Shown in pieces: positions 22,001 through 30,535 of a stretch of DNA of 64,000 nucleotides. Where the stretch lies: assembly GCA_963727485.1 (NCBI GenBank), contig CAVSGM010000009.1, forward strand, positions 64,001 through 128,000, written 5' to 3'. Positions within the stretch are counted from its first letter, which is position 1. Each line of letters opens with the position of its first letter. Origin of the DNA: an uncultured delta proteobacterium (GTDB taxonomy: Bacteria > Myxococcota > Myxococcia > SLRQ01). The notes beneath the pieces are model-generated. The model saw nothing but the letters and a program-made list of their open reading frames with translations. It did no database searches and was not told the DNA's origin. Both the position numbers and the translations under genes were made by a program.

Positions 22001-25000
22001 AGAGGTGGCCGGGTCGTCGGTGACCACCGGCCCCGGGAGGTCGCCGGAGCCCACGGTGGCCTGGTTGGCGCAGTTGGTGCCGTTGGCGGTCCCCGGGGCG
22101 ATGGTCGCCCGGAACACCAGCACCGGGCTCACCCCCGGCACCACGTCGGCCAGCGCCGGGGTGGTCGAGGCGTTCCAGGTGATCCGGCCGCCGGCGTAGA
22201 CCCCGCCCTGCTGGGGCTGCACCGCGGTGAGGCAGGCGGCGATGGGGTCGGTGACCGTCACCTGGCGCACCGGCGCGTCCCCGGTGGCCTCGAGGGTGAG
22301 GTGGTACTCGAGGACGTCCCCGGGCATCTGGGCCCCGCCGTTGAGGTCGGTCCAGGTCTTGCTCGCGTAGAGGGACGCGGTGCTCTGCACCGTGATCCGG
22401 GTGGGGTCCCCAGGGGTCGGCGTGGCGGGATCGTCGGAGCCCACCGGCGAGGCGAGCTCGGTGGCGTGGACGAAGGCCTGGTTGGAGATGACCGTCCCGT
22501 TGGGGAGCGGCGTCGCCACGGTGGCGTCGAAGCCGAGCTGCACGTCGCCCCCGGGCGAAAGGCCCACGGTGCCCAGGGTCCAGGTGATCCGGCCGGCGGC
22601 GAAGCTGCCCCCGTTCCCCGGGGTCACGGCGGTGAGGTTCGGATCGATGGCGTCGGTGACCACCACCTGGGTGCCCTGGGCGTTCCCGGTGTTCCGGACG
22701 GTGAGGGTGTAGTGGACCCGGTCGCCGGGCCTCAGCTGCCCGCCATTGAGGTCGGTGGCCGTCTTGGTGGTGCCGGTGAACACCGGGGCGCTGACCACCG
22801 TGACCTTCGTCGGATCGTCGACGGCCTGGGTCGCGGGATCGTCGGTGGGCACCCCGCCGGGGATCTGGTCGCAGGCCACGTTCGCCTGGTTGGCGATGAC
22901 CGTGCCGTCGACCGTGGGCGTCTGGACGGTGGCGTCGAACACGAGGGTGGCCTGGCCGCCGGGGGCGACGGTGGCCAGCGCCGGCGTGGTGGCTGCGTTC
23001 CAGGTGATCTTCCCGCCGCCCTGGAGGCCGCCCCGCATCGGCTGCACCTGGACCAGGTGCGCCGGGAGGGGATTGGTGACCACCACGTTGCTGGCCGCCT
23101 GGGTGCCGGTGTTCTTGACCACCAGGGTGTAGCGCAGCACGTCCCCGGGCTCGACGTTCCCGCCGTTGAGGTCGACGACGGACTTGGTGCTCTGGGAGAG
23201 CACCGGCCGGTTCACCACCGTGAGGCCGTTGCTGGTGACCCGCACCGGGTTCTTCAGCTCGTCGGCGGCGAGGCTCGCCGAGTTGACCACCAGGGACCCG
23301 TCAGCGGCGCTGGTCCGCACCTTCACCGAGAACCGGAGGGTCACCGTGCCCCCGCCGGCGGCGACCACGACCTTGGGGGTGACCAGCTGACCGCTCCCGA
23401 AGGCGCCGCCGGTGGACGAGCAGGTGGTCCCGGTGGGCGCCTGGAGGAGCACGCACCCCTGCACCTGGGCCGGGAGGTCGTCGGTGACCACCACGTGGGC
23501 GTCGCGGTTCCGGGTGTTCTTGATGGTGACCACGTAGTCGACGGTGTCACCGGGGACGAGCGGCGCCCCGTTGGCGTCGACGGCGGTCTTGGTGGAGCTG
23601 GCGAGGTCCACGCCGTAGTCGAGGGTGACCACGGTGGGATCGGGGCTGGCGGTGGTCGCCGGATTGTCGGACACGTAGGGGCGGGTGAGGTACGGCGCCG
23701 AGACCGAGGCCTGGACCGGCAGCTTGAGCCCGTCGATGTCGTAGCTGGCCACCCCCTCGGCCAGCAGCTGGGCGGTGGTGTCGATGGTGACCTCGAAGAT
23801 CACGTCGACGCTGAAGTTCCCGGGGACGGTGATCCCGTCGACCTTCACGTACCCGGTGCCGTTGGCGCCGCCGGAGCCCGCCGACGCGTCGGTGGCCCCC
23901 GAGGGCACCACCACCACCGAGAGGCCACGCACGTAGCGCGGGAGGTCGGCGCGCACCGAGATGTTCCGGGCCTGCTGGCTCCCGGCGTTGGTGAGCTTGA
24001 GATCGTAGCGCAGGTGGTGACCGGGGACGGTGGGCGTCCCGTCGAGATCGGTCACCGAGAGGGTCGGCGGCGCCTGGAGGTTCGGGGCGCTGACCGTGGT
24101 GCAGGGGCTGGTGGTCAGGGACTTCGCCGAGGTCTGGTCCGAGTCGACGGTGGCGGTGTTGCAGATCTGGGTTCCGTCGGCGACCCCGCTGTTGATCCGC
24201 ACCTCGAAGGTGAGGGTGTGGCTGGTGGTGGTGCCGGCGCGGTAGTCGACCGTGCCCAGGTTGAGGCCCGCGGCCACCGGGCTCGCCCCCCCGACGTCGG
24301 CCAGCGGCTGGCCGTCGAGGTTGGTGGAGCCCCGGACGTAGGTGGTGGTGGACGGCAGGGCGTCCTTGACCACGGTGTTGGTCGCCGCCTGGGACCCGGT
24401 GTTCTGCACCTTCACCGTGTAGGTGAGGGTCTCGCCCACGGCGGCGGTGGACTTGTCGACCACCTTTCCGGTGCTCCCGCCGAACTGGGGCGCCACCGTG
24501 TCCACCGCCAGGAGCACGTAGCCCAGCGCAAAGAACTCGCCGTTGCCGCTCCCGTCGACGATGCCGTCGCCCGAGCCCGGCTGGATGGTGGCCCGGGTCT
24601 GCCCCGGCTTGATGAGGTTGAGGCCGGTGGGCCCGAGCTCGAAGCTGTCGATGTCCACGCCGTCGAAGGGCACGGCGGCGTTGGGCACGGTGCTGTTGAA
24701 GAGGTTGTCCGGGGGGTTGGAGGGGATGGACTGGAGCTTGTTGGTGGTGCCGTCCTGGCCGGTGAACCGCATGAAGTCGGCCCAGGTGGCGTCCAGCGGC
24801 GGGCTGCCGAGCTGAGGGTCGCCCTCGAGGCCGAAGAAGGTGATCTCGGCGGCGGCGGGGCTGCCTACCCGGAAGCCCGAGAGGGTGATCGGCGGGCTGA
24901 TGCCGCTCGAGACCGCGTCCTCGTCGCAGGCGTAGAAGCCGTCGTAGAGGTTGAGGTTGCGCACCTTGTTGTAGGAAGGGCTCGACCAGACGACGACCAT

Positions 25001-25618
25001 CGACCACCCGGCGTAGGCGGCCTCACAGCCCGGATCGGAGATGTCGCAGCCGTTGGAGAGGGTCCCGGTGACCCCGACCTTGGCGTCCACGCCATTGACG
25101 TTGTAGACGCCGTTGACGTCGCCCCCCTGCCGGGAGACCACCGCCCGGACCACGCTGGTGACGTCCTTGCGGCAGTAGAAGAACTGCTCGCCATCGCTGC
25201 CCAGGCTGCGGCAGGCGTCGGCGGTGAGGTGGGTGAGCAGCCCGTCGGGGGTGTAGAAGTCGAAGGTGGTGTCGGTGCTGCCGTCGATGCGCCCGGAGTA
25301 GAACACGTAGGCGCCCTCGACCTTGGCGTCGAGGGGGATGCCCTGGAGGGTGGCGCCGGTGTAGTCCGGGGTGAGCAGCAGCGAGTTCACCCGGGGGTCG
25401 GCCTGGTAGCTCATCAGCGTGTTGCCGATGGCGGTCGCCGAGCCCTGGACGGTGAACTGGTGGTAGAGGCTCGGGGGCTGGCCGGTGACCATGGCCCGGG
25501 CCACCGCCGGCACCGCCATCAGCGCCAGGGCACAGGCCAGGAGCCGGGCGCGCGTGGCGACGGACCGGCGCCCCGGATCGGCCGGGTCCCCCGGCGCTCT
25601 GGCCTCATCGAGCCTCAT
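10062..25618 (-). CDS. Giant (about 5,184 aa) envelope protein: signal peptide, N-terminal head domain, about 18 DUF11/isopeptide-type Ig repeats, SdrD-B-like domains, two OmpA-like domains, Ala/Pro linker, large C-terminal beta-barrel; four apparent single-base indels
   Basis: ORFs 19517..25645, 16054..21045, 14015..16300 and 10062..16439 join in frame after fixing +1 at about 21047, +1 at 16433-16437, +1 at 16387-16391 and -1 in the C-run at about 14056-14060 (15557-3+1=15555 nt = 5185 codons). GGGAG SD precedes ATG 25618; the protein ends GPFLRVTGLY. Confidence 0.82.
16030..24495 (-). repeat. Coding tandem array of about 130-aa domains (STKTVTDxNGGxVxPGDxLxYT...TDDPxTPAPxDPT): 17 contiguous copies plus one after the SdrD-like region
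   Basis: Counted by eye from the translations; unit about 380-450 bp with diverged nucleotide sequence. Confidence 0.85.
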
Positions 25619-25688
25619 CCCGCTCCCAACCGCCACCCGGGGCACGCGTCCTGGCCGATCCCCGGCCCCGGCGTCGCAGCAGCGGGCG

Positions 25689-25716
25689 ATTATATCGGCC
25701 CGGGCGGGCCGATCAA
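25689..25716 (-). promoter_or_regulatory. Sigma70-type promoter of the giant gene with an inverted repeat in the spacer
   Basis: Minus strand TTGATC-16 nt-TATAAT; 9-bp arms ATCGGCCCG (25694-25702) and CGGGCCGAT (25705-25713). Confidence 0.65.
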
Positions 25717-25726
25717 AAAGGAGAAC

Positions 25727-25924
25727 TCACATCTCCCGGAGCCGCAGGCGCCCCCCGTCGCTCACCTTCACCCGGAAGTCCGCGCCACAGTAGTAGCAGC
25801 GGACCTCGTCGCCGTCCCCGAAGCCGTCGTCGTAGGGGTTGTTGGCGTCGCAGGTGGGGCAGTCGAAGTCGGTGAACCGCTTCCCTGCCTCCTTGTCGTC
25901 GTGCTCGCTGTCGTCGGGTGCCAT
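25727..25924 (-). CDS. Small acidic zinc-ribbon protein (65 aa)
   Basis: CPTC...CYYC; GGAGG SD upstream. Confidence 0.75.
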   Translation of the reverse strand: MAPDDSEHDDKEAGKRFTDFDCPTCDANNPYDDGFGDGDEVRCYYCGADFRVKVSDGGRLRLREM

Positions 25925-25961
25925 CGAGGCCTCCTTCCGGGGTCGCCGGCGTTCGGGGCGG

Positions 25962-26462
25962 TCACCAGCGGTCGAGGAAGTCCTCGAGGTCGCCGGCCGC
26001 GCCTTCGCATCGCTTCCGCGCGGCCTCCAGGGCCGCCCCCACCTCGGGGCGCCCGCCGGCCAGGGGGGCCAGGGCGCTCGCAGGGATCTCCAGGACCTCC
26101 GCCTCCGAGGCGGCCGCCGCGCTCACCCGCCGGGTGGGCCCCCCGAGGGCGGCGCCGGCGCCGAAGACGTCGCCCGGGGCCAGGGTCACCGCCGGGACCG
26201 CCGCCGCCGCGTCCCCGGCGAGGATGGCCACCTCGCCGCGGAGGAGGAGGAACACGCTCCCGGCCGGATCCCCCTCGCCGTAGAGGCGCGCGCCGCGGGC
26301 CAGGCGCCGCACCCTGCCCTGCCCCAGGCGGGCGTGGGCCTCGTCGCCCAGGGCCTTCACCAGCGCCACCCGGGAGAGCAGCGGGTCGTCGAGGACCAGG
26401 TCGCCCCCGTCGATCCGCTTGAGCCCCAGCCGCAGCACCGGCTTGCCTGGATCGTCACTCAC
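25962..26462 (-). CDS. Stand-alone cyclic-nucleotide-binding (Crp-type cNMP) domain protein
   Basis: LYGEGDPAGSVFLLLRGEV...LAPGDVFG...RRVSAAA..EAEVLEI; GTG start with AGGAG SD; no HTH. Confidence 0.75.
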   Translation of the reverse strand: MSDDPGKPVLRLGLKRIDGGDLVLDDPLLSRVALVKALGDEAHARLGQGRVRRLARGARLYGEGDPAGSVFLLLRGEVAILAGDAAAAVPAVTLAPGDVFGAGAALGGPTRRVSAAAASEAEVLEIPASALAPLAGGRPEVGAALEAARKRCEGAAGDLEDFLDRW

Positions 26463-26470
26463 GTGGGCTC

Positions 26471-28609
26471 CTACTTGAGGGTGACATCCGCCGCCGGCTT
26501 GGTGCGGTAGTTGGCGTCGACGTAGTCCATCAGCTCGAAGAGGCTGTCGGCGTAGGGCGTCTGGTCGGCGCTGCCCATGCCGGTCCGGTTCACGTAGAAG
26601 CTGCCGGCGTGGCACTCCCGGTGCCACTTTGAGCCGAAGGTCTTCCCCGGAGTCTCGTCGCAGTCGCGGTTCCCCTGGTCGTCGACCATGCAGCACCGCC
26701 CGTCGACGTAGACGACGATCATCTTCTGGAGGAGACCGTCGGCCTCGTAGCCGTCGATGACCAGGTTCAGGGCGCCCATCCCCTGGGGGTCCTGGCCGTA
26801 GCCGTGGAGGAAGTAGAGCACCGGGTAGGTGAGGTCGGCGTTGGCCGGGTCGTCGTAGCCCGGCGGCAGGGCGATGAAGAAGTCGCGCTTCGAGCCCAGG
26901 GACGCGCTGTCGTAGGAGAGCGTCTTGCTGAGGGTGTCGAAGTTCCACTGGGTGACCGGGGCGTAGTCGCCGTCGGGCCACCGGGCGCTCAGCCAGTCGA
27001 AGAAGGTGTTGAACCGGTTGATGACCTCGGTGCCGGTGCCCACGTGGGCGCCGTCCCCGCTGCGCCACTGCTTGTCGGTGGCGCCGACGGTGCCGTAGAG
27101 GAGCAGGGACCGCCCCGGGACCTTGGCGAGATCGAGGTTCTGCCAGGCGTAGGTGCCGTTCCAGTCGCCGGAGAGGCTGGGGAGCGCGGTGAAGTCCTGG
27201 TACCAGCTCGAGGCCTTCGGCCGCCTCGCCGAGAGGGCTCCGAAGACCTGGCTGGCGTTGACCCCGAAGTTGAAGATGTCGCGGATGCCCCCGTCGAGGT
27301 AGTAGCCGACCCGGTGGACGGTGGCGTCGCTCCAGTTCTCGATGGCGGTGCGGGCGTCGTGGGCGAAGAAGTTCTTCTCGTTCGCCGACATGTCGTACTT
27401 CCCGTTGCCCTCGCCGAAGTCGCCGGTGTTCGGCACCCCGTCGAGGCCGTCGTCGGCGTAGGTCTCGCCCTGCTCCCACTTGAAGTCGTGCTCGGTCCCG
27501 GTGGGGTTGGTCTGCCAGCTGTAGTCGTCGCCGTTGGGGTCGGGGTCGGTGCTCGGGTCGTAGGGCCCGGTGGCGCCGGCGGCGACGCAGCCGCCCTTCC
27601 CGTCCTCCTGGGGATTGGCGCAGCCGTCGACCCCCGTGTCCTCGAAGCGCTCGGCGGCGTTGACGATCAGCGGCTCGCCGTAGTCGCGCTTCCCGTCGCC
27701 GTCGTAGTCCACCGCCAGGGCGATGCGGATACGCTGGTGGTGGGGCTGGCAGGGATCGTAGGCGCCCTTCTCCGAGTAGTAGACGTCGGGCCACTTGGCC
27801 TTGAGGGTGCTCTTCGAGGGGGTGATCGCAGGGCCGTCGGCGCCGCAGAAGGCGTCCGGGGTCTGGCCGGAGCAGAAGTCCACGGGCTGGCCGGTCTTCT
27901 GGCAGACGGTGATGGGCTCCTCGCCGTCACAGAAGGTGACCGCGTCGAAGCGTCCGTCGGGGTTGTACTCGGCGTTGTAGACCGGGTGGGTGCCGCCGTG
28001 ATCCGTGCCCTTGATCACCACCGGGTTGGCGCAGGTCCAGCTGTCGTCGACCCCCGGCGGGAAGAAGGGGCTCGCGGCGTTCTCGTAGGCGGGGTTGCCC
28101 AGCGCCAGGGAGAGGTCCTCGAAGAGGTCGATGTAGGCGCTGCGATCGAAGGTGCCGCCGTTGTCGTCGAACCACCAGTCGTTGAAGCTCGAGGGGTGCT
28201 CGAAGGGCTGGGTGGTCGCCGGGTGGATGGCGCAGGCCTCGATGGTGGCCTTGTCGTCGAGGATGCTCGTGTCCCCGGGGTGGTCCTTCAGGAGCTTGAG
28301 GTAGTCCTGGTAGGTGCAGAAGCCGCCGAGCTCCTGGGTCTGGAGGAAGTGGAGCATGTAGGCGGCGTCGAAGGGCCCGCCGAGGGCCCCGAAGGCGTCG
28401 AAGCGGTCGGCGTGCTCGGGGCCGACCGCCGAGGTGCCGATGGCGCCCATGCTCACCCCGGCGAGGGCCCGGAAGGTGTAGTGGCGGACCTTCGGCTGGG
28501 TCTTGCCGCCGGTGCCCCCGTCCGGGGTCCCGCCTCCCTGGTTGGGGCCGCAGGCGGCGACGAGACCCGAGAGGAGGACGACGGGGAGGAGACCGGCAGG
28601 CACACGCAT
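26471..28609 (-). CDS. Lipoprotein esterase-like alpha/beta hydrolase with permuted motif order and a large Cys/Asp-rich insert
   Basis: Lipobox VAAC; RALAGVSMG near the N-terminus; YYLDGGIRD; GDGAH; C-terminal LPPGY...YPVLYFLHGYG. Confidence 0.75.
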   Translation of the reverse strand: MRVPAGLLPVVLLSGLVAACGPNQGGGTPDGGTGGKTQPKVRHYTFRALAGVSMGAIGTSAVGPEHADRFDAFGALGGPFDAAYMLHFLQTQELGGFCTYQDYLKLLKDHPGDTSILDDKATIEACAIHPATTQPFEHPSSFNDWWFDDNGGTFDRSAYIDLFEDLSLALGNPAYENAASPFFPPGVDDSWTCANPVVIKGTDHGGTHPVYNAEYNPDGRFDAVTFCDGEEPITVCQKTGQPVDFCSGQTPDAFCGADGPAITPSKSTLKAKWPDVYYSEKGAYDPCQPHHQRIRIALAVDYDGDGKRDYGEPLIVNAAERFEDTGVDGCANPQEDGKGGCVAAGATGPYDPSTDPDPNGDDYSWQTNPTGTEHDFKWEQGETYADDGLDGVPNTGDFGEGNGKYDMSANEKNFFAHDARTAIENWSDATVHRVGYYLDGGIRDIFNFGVNASQVFGALSARRPKASSWYQDFTALPSLSGDWNGTYAWQNLDLAKVPGRSLLLYGTVGATDKQWRSGDGAHVGTGTEVINRFNTFFDWLSARWPDGDYAPVTQWNFDTLSKTLSYDSASLGSKRDFFIALPPGYDDPANADLTYPVLYFLHGYGQDPQGMGALNLVIDGYEADGLLQKMIVVYVDGRCCMVDDQGNRDCDETPGKTFGSKWHRECHAGSFYVNRTGMGSADQTPYADSLFELMDYVDANYRTKPAADVTLK

Positions 28610-28699
28610 GACCGCCAGCCTACCAGGGGGCCGGCCCCCCGGACCAGCCATGGCGCTCGCCCCCCCAGGCGCTAGCGTCCCGGTCGCCCGGGCCCGGGG

Positions 28700-29728
28700 T
28701 CACGCCTCCAGGTGATCGATGATCGCCTGGGCGATGGCCTCGGTCCCCAGCTCGCCGCCGAGGTCCCGGCTCTTCATGCCCTCGGCGAGCGCCGCGTCGT
28801 AGGCCCGGCGGATCCGCCCGGCGACCTCCCGGCTCTCGGGGTCGCCGTGGCGATCGGCGAGGTGGTTGAGCATCATCACCGCCGACATCAGGAGCGCCAG
28901 GGGGTTGGCGAGGCCCTGGCCGGCGATGTCCGGCGCCGAGCCGTGGACCGCCTCGAAGACCGCGTAGTCGTCGCCGATGTTGGCCCCGGGGACCACGCCC
29001 AGGCCCCCGACCAGGCCGGCGCAGAGGTCGCTGACCACGTCGCCGTAGAGGTTCTCGCACAGCAGCATGTCGAACTTCGTGGGGTCCTGCACCAGCTTCA
29101 TGAAGCCGGCGTCGATGATGACCTCCTGGTACTCGATCTCCGGGTGCTCCTCGGTGTGCACCTTCCGGGCGCAGCGGAGGAAGAGGCCGTCGGACATCTT
29201 CATGATGTTGGCCTTGTGGAGCACCGTGACCTTCTTGCGGCCCCGCTCCTTGGCGTAGCGGAAGGCCCAGCGGCTGATGCGGGTGCACGCGGCCTCGGTG
29301 GCGACCTTGAGGCTCGTGACCACGCCCTTGGTGATCTCGTTCTCGATGCCGCTGTAGAGGCCCTCGGTGTTCTCGCGGATGACCACGATGTCCACGTCGT
29401 CGTAGCGGGTCTTGACCCCGGGCATGCTGCGCACCGGGCGGACCGCCGCGTAGAGGTCGAGGGCCTTGCGCAGCTGCACGTTCACCGACTGGAAGCCCTC
29501 GCCCACCGGGGTGGTGCACGGGCCCTTGAGGGCGATGCCGTGCTCCCGGATGGCGGCGAGGGTCTCCTCGGGGATGAGCTCCTTGCCGCGCTCGAGGGCG
29601 GCGAGGCCGGCGTGGCGCTCGATCCAGTCGATGCGGGCGCCGGCGGCGTCGAGGATCTTCTGGGTGGCGGCGGCGACCTCGGGGCCGATGCCGTCGCCGG
29701 GGACGAGGACGATGCTGTGCCGGGCCAT
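28700..29728 (-). CDS. Isocitrate/isopropylmalate dehydrogenase family protein (NAD-dependent IDH-like)
   Basis: PGDGIGPEV, RENTEGLYSG, HKANIMK, NLYGDVVSD, FEAVHGSAPDIAG. Confidence 0.93.
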   Translation of the reverse strand: MARHSIVLVPGDGIGPEVAAATQKILDAAGARIDWIERHAGLAALERGKELIPEETLAAIREHGIALKGPCTTPVGEGFQSVNVQLRKALDLYAAVRPVRSMPGVKTRYDDVDIVVIRENTEGLYSGIENEITKGVVTSLKVATEAACTRISRWAFRYAKERGRKKVTVLHKANIMKMSDGLFLRCARKVHTEEHPEIEYQEVIIDAGFMKLVQDPTKFDMLLCENLYGDVVSDLCAGLVGGLGVVPGANIGDDYAVFEAVHGSAPDIAGQGLANPLALLMSAVMMLNHLADRHGDPESREVAGRIRRAYDAALAEGMKSRDLGGELGTEAIAQAIIDHLEA

Positions 29729-29819
29729 TTCGGTTACCTCTCGGATGCGGGGGGGACCGGGTGCGAGGCGCCTATCTAGCGTCGATGGCGCGCCGCGTAA
29801 AGCCGGGCACCCCGCCCCG

Positions 29820-30524
29820 TCAGAACCGCTCGACCCAGGGCCGCAGGTCCAGCTCCTGGGTCCACGCGGACCGGTGCTGCCGATGGAGGTGGAGGTAGCT
29901 GTCGGCGATGGCGTCCGGGGAGAGGAGCGCGTCCTCGGGGCGCTCGGCGGCCAGCCCGGCGAGACGCTCGGAGGCGACCTGGCCGTCGAGGATCACGTGG
30001 GCCACGTGGACCCCGTCGGGGTGCATCTCCCGGGCGAGGCTCTGGGCCAGGGCCCGGAGCCCGAACTTGCCCACCGCCAGGTTGGCGAAGCCGGCGCTCC
30101 CCCGGAGCGACGCGGTGGCCCCGGTGAAGATCAGGGTCCCCCGCCCCGCCTCGCGCATCCGCCGGCCGGCCTCCCGGCCCACCAGGAAGCCCCCGAGGCA
30201 GCCCACCCGCCAGGCGCGCTCGAAGGAGGCCACGTCGGTCTCCAGCACCGTCCCCGGAGCGTAGCTCCCGGCGTTGTAGACGGTGAGCGACGGGGTCCCG
30301 AGGTCCGCCTCGACGTCGGCGAAGAGGCGCCGGACCTCGGCGTCGAGGGTGGCGTCGCAGGCGTAGGCCCGCCCCCCGAGGTCGGCGGCGAGGGGCCCGG
30401 TGGTCTCCAGGCGCCGGGCCGCGAGCGCCACGGCCATGCCCGCCTCGGCGAAGCGCCGCGCCAGGGCCGCGCCCAGGCCCGGCCCCACGCCCACCACCAC
30501 CGCCACCTCGCGCTTGTCACTCAT
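29820..30524 (-). CDS. SDR family oxidoreductase
   Basis: VVGVGPGLG, YNAG, FTGATAS, GKFGLRALAQSLARE, ELDLRPWVERF. Confidence 0.9.
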   Translation of the reverse strand: MSDKREVAVVVGVGPGLGAALARRFAEAGMAVALAARRLETTGPLAADLGGRAYACDATLDAEVRRLFADVEADLGTPSLTVYNAGSYAPGTVLETDVASFERAWRVGCLGGFLVGREAGRRMREAGRGTLIFTGATASLRGSAGFANLAVGKFGLRALAQSLAREMHPDGVHVAHVILDGQVASERLAGLAAERPEDALLSPDAIADSYLHLHRQHRSAWTQELDLRPWVERF

Positions 30525-30535
30525 GCCCGCGGACG

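Noticed and set aside
16030..24495. Regularly recurring GGGTCGTCGGT-type motifs as a CRISPR array or DNA repeat element
   Set aside because: The period is about 400 bp, the copies are degenerate and in frame, and they encode the TDDP motif of protein repeats; no cas genes are present.
25694..25720. Intrinsic terminator for the zinc-ribbon gene
   Set aside because: On the transcribed minus strand the T-run precedes the hairpin rather than following it; it fits better as a promoter with a palindromic spacer.
25727..25924. LysW amino-group carrier protein
   Set aside because: Similar size and zinc ribbon, but it lacks the C-terminal EDWGE motif and no lysine/arginine biosynthesis genes are nearby.
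10137..26422. Very long plus-strand ORFs (10137..14150, 16510..21051, 20531..26422) and similar shadow ORFs throughout the window
   Set aside because: Antisense or alternate-frame shadows of GC3-biased genes; stop codons are rare at this GC content and the translations have no motifs.
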